NCBI RefSeq assembly: GCF_963921235.1 | Contig: NC_086097.1 | Coordinates: 135,906,001 to 135,970,000, forward strand | Source: Mobula hypostoma | Taxonomy: Eukaryota | Direction of reading: 5' to 3' | DNA: 64,000 bases | Shown: positions 61,131 to 64,000 of the stretch, in pieces | Layout: each line of letters starts with the position of its first letter | Position numbering within the stretch: position 1 is the stretch's first letter | The notes under the pieces: generated by a model | Seen by the model: only the letters and a program-made list of their open reading frames with translations | What the model was told of the DNA's origin: nothing | Database searches by the model: none | Translations under genes and position numbers: made by a program

Positions 61131-61869
61131 AGTCTGCTCAGAACACAGGAAACAGGAGTGGAAGTAAGCCCAAAGAAAAGTGGTGTTGTCTTCTGCAGGA
61201 GCTTTGGGCAATTGCTCCTGGGGATCTCCCACTCCTCGAATCACTGCAGGAGCGCTGGCCAGTTTTGCACCCTTCAACAAATGGTGGTTCACCTGCAGCA
61301 TGGCACCTCCCAAACACTGCCTCTCCCTCACTCCACAATGGAGTGATGACCTGCATGGAGAAAAGGTGCTAGCTCCTGGTTGCTCTAAGCATTGGAAGAC
61401 CTCCAGGTTCTTAGTATAGGGTAAGCAACAGCTGAAGCTTACAAATTGGCAACTGAGATCTCCAGATAAGGGCACTGGGAAAACAGATGTTAGCAATACA
61501 AACAAAAACGCTTACTGTTCATTCAATGGCTACTTTATTCTATCCTATCACAGTCATCCGCTGTTGTCCCAGCCACTGCCCTCCTCCAACTTCTCTACTT
61601 CCTCAACAAACTAATGTTCATCTCTTGTCTAGTTCTGATGAAGGGTCCCGGAGCAGACTGTTGACCTGAAATGTTAAAGAGACAGGAAATTGCAGAATCA
61701 CAGTACAGTTTACTATTGTATGGTCTCAACCTGAGTTATCAATCATCCCTTTGCTTCAGCAGATGCTGCCTGACCTGTTGAATGTTTCCAATATTTTCTG
61801 TTTTTATTTCATGTTATTTGTTTCATTGTTCCCTCTGTTTGCATTGTCACAGGGATGGTTATAAATTGG

Positions 61870-62050
61870 AGACACAAGAGATTGTAGATGTTGGAATTTG
61901 GAGCAACCTACAAGATGCTGGAGGATCAGACAGCATCTGTGGATAGAAATAGGCGGTTGATGTTTCAGCTCGAGACCCTTCATCTGGACTCACGTGAGAC
62001 CATGTCCTTCCACAGTTGCTGCCTGACCGATTTGAGTTCTTCCAGCATCT
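61870..62050. mobile_element. Decayed fold-back Penelope tail element
   Basis: Minus arm ending ...GATGTTTCAGCTCGAGACCCTTCATCTGGACT, followed by plus-arm remnant TGCTGCCTGACC...GAGTTCTTCCAGCATCT. Confidence 0.55.
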
Positions 62051-63097
62051 GGACTGATGGTTATAAGTTCTTGATTAATGCTTCCTTAACTCTCTCTGAA
62101 GGTAATTTTGCCTGTTACATTTGTTACAACAGACTTTGTTGAAGAATGCTACTCTGGTTGAACTGTGAGGTTTCTTGTCTTTTGAATAAGAATATTGTGT
62201 TCAACGCTTACTCACACAATCTCGGCTGACCTCACAACCGGGGGAAATTCCCATTGTAATGGTGAGGGCTACCAGGTTCAAATACAGAATAGGACTGAAT
62301 TCAAGTCATAGAAACATCACAGAAACAGGCGCTTTAGCCCACCGTGCTGAACTTCAAGTACCCATTTACTAGCATTGATCCATTATTTGTAATGCCCTTG
62401 CACATCTAGATACTTCATAAATGTTCTGGAAAAACCTGTTTCCAACATTCTAATGGGTGGATTTCAACCACCCCCTAGGTGAAAAAATTCATCCTCGGAT
62501 CCTCTTTGAACCTCCTAATGCTTACCCTAAACCTAACCCCTTGAGACAAGCTATCAGGCTGTGATTCAAAGAGGTAAAGAGAATATTAAAATCCCAAACG
62601 TAAGGCTCTTCGTTAACATTCCTCTCTTGTGTGACTGAAGAAGGTTCACACTGGTGTATTTGGAATCTTGCCCGTGATAATTGACGTCAGCCAACCATAA
62701 TAAATTTGTGCAAACATTTTCAGATATTCTTTCCTTACAAATTAGTGGTTGTGAGGTTGGTTAGATCAAAATTAGAGTAACAAAACCCTTTACAGGCTGT
62801 GGGTGAAGTTGTCCAATAGACAGCTCAATTAATCCTTTCAGTTTCAAATGCCATGTGATTTATGATGTCCCCAGGCCAGGAGAATGAGTATGGATGCAAA
62901 TAAATGGAGAAAATACTGGAAACACTCAACAGGCCAGTCAGCTTCTGTGGAGAAAGACGAAACAGTCTGAGATTATTCATCAATATGGATACAAATCCTG
63001 GTACAAAAACTGTTCATTGAAGTGACTTAATTGTGTAACTGCTTTATTATTTCACCTATACCAAGAAGCAGTGAAGAGGTTTGTTCATGTGTCATCT

Positions 63098-63248
63098 CGA
63101 GGCAGACACAGTAGTGAAATTTAAGAGACTATTAGACAGGTATATGGAGGAATTTAAGGTGGGGGGTTATATGGGAGGTAGGGTTTATGGGTTGGCACAA
63201 CATTGTGGGCTGAAGGGCCTGTACTGTGCTGTACTATTCTATGTTCAT
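63098..63248 (+). mobile_element. Short CR1 3' end (same family as 10812-11152)
   Basis: GAGGCAGACACA...TTTAAGAGACTATTAGACAGGTATATGGAGGAAT...GAAGGGCCTGTACTGTGCTGTACTATTCTATGTTC. Confidence 0.8.
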
Positions 63249-64000
63249 ATAAATAAATAAAATGCAAGGTAGGTTTGATGAGATTAGGAGTTATTCTTTA
63301 TTATATGAAACAGTGATCAGGAGCCCATCTTTCTCAATTTTAAAACCCACAAAGTCCAAGCAGATATACAAAACAGTCCCAAAACACGTTTTATATCACT
63401 ACGTGACTACTAAACCCACCCCGCCACCTCCTGCAATGTGTTGATGAACAGGCATCAATGTTTGGGTCAATGTTTTAGATCAGGTTTAATAACATACTTC
63501 TAAATTGAGGCAGGATGCACATTACATCTGCCTGTCTTTGCTAGCCAGTAAAAGCATTCTCAAACTCAGAGCACTTCTTGTTTTTAAAGTTTCGCCTTTA
63601 AGGTAACTTAAACCATTCTCTCCTGGCTGGTCCATTCTCACTGCCACCTTCCACAGGGAACTGAACATGATTAAATATCTACTCATGTTTTGATAAAATA
63701 TGCTGTGGTAAAGCAGAATGTGGAAGTGGTTAGTTGTAGCTTTGTCCTTTCTGTCCCGAGGTAGCGTTTCCACATCTCGCAAGGCAAGAGCAGCAATTGG
63801 CAAAGTATCAATTTAAACAGGGTTGTAATTTTGTTATTTCAAGTAATTTTTTGTGTGAAATCACAGCTTCTCCCAGGAAGGACTGTTGAGGAAACTCACT
63901 TAAAGTCACTCTTGCAACACTTTTTATTTGCATCCAGCAAGTATTCCTGCATTATGTGAAGTTACACAGGAATGTTTTGGAGAGCATAACATGCCAAAGC

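Noticed and set aside
60867..61505. 212-aa ORF as a host gene
   Set aside because: The C-terminal half is CR1 ORF2 3' sequence and the N-terminal half has no recognisable motif, so it is a chance read-through.

Overview
Eukaryotic, vertebrate, repeat-dominated intergenic or intronic DNA. The repeat set (CR1 LINEs, Neptune-type Penelope elements, Rex1/Babar, V-SINE and Deu-SINE types) suggests a cartilaginous fish, probably a ray; this is inference. No host protein-coding exon could be recognised. Main contents: (1) a young CR1 LINE (23185-26359, minus) with an uninterrupted ~1000-codon APE+RT ORF2 that has no usable AUG. It is entered through a U_UUA_AAC slippery heptamer abutting the ORF1 stop, and the same motif is conserved in a second, older CR1 at 13454-13463, making this a candidate programmed -1 frameshift. 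(2) Many Penelope-like elements whose tails carry a minimal type-I hammerhead ribozyme: a TSD-flanked inverted copy (28220-30526), a ~130-bp TSD-flanked hammerhead-plus-tail insertion (57651-57777) and fold-back mini-elements. (3) A TSD-flanked non-autonomous RTE derivative with a structured 5' domain. (4) A decayed full-length Gypsy provirus (52216-58989), solo LTRs, a Tc1 element, a composite Tc1-type MITE, a hAT MITE, RTE and R4/Dong fragments, a tRNA-Thr/V-SINE chimera and microsatellites. Boundaries of degenerate fragments are approximate. Family assignments come from motif recognition, not database searches.
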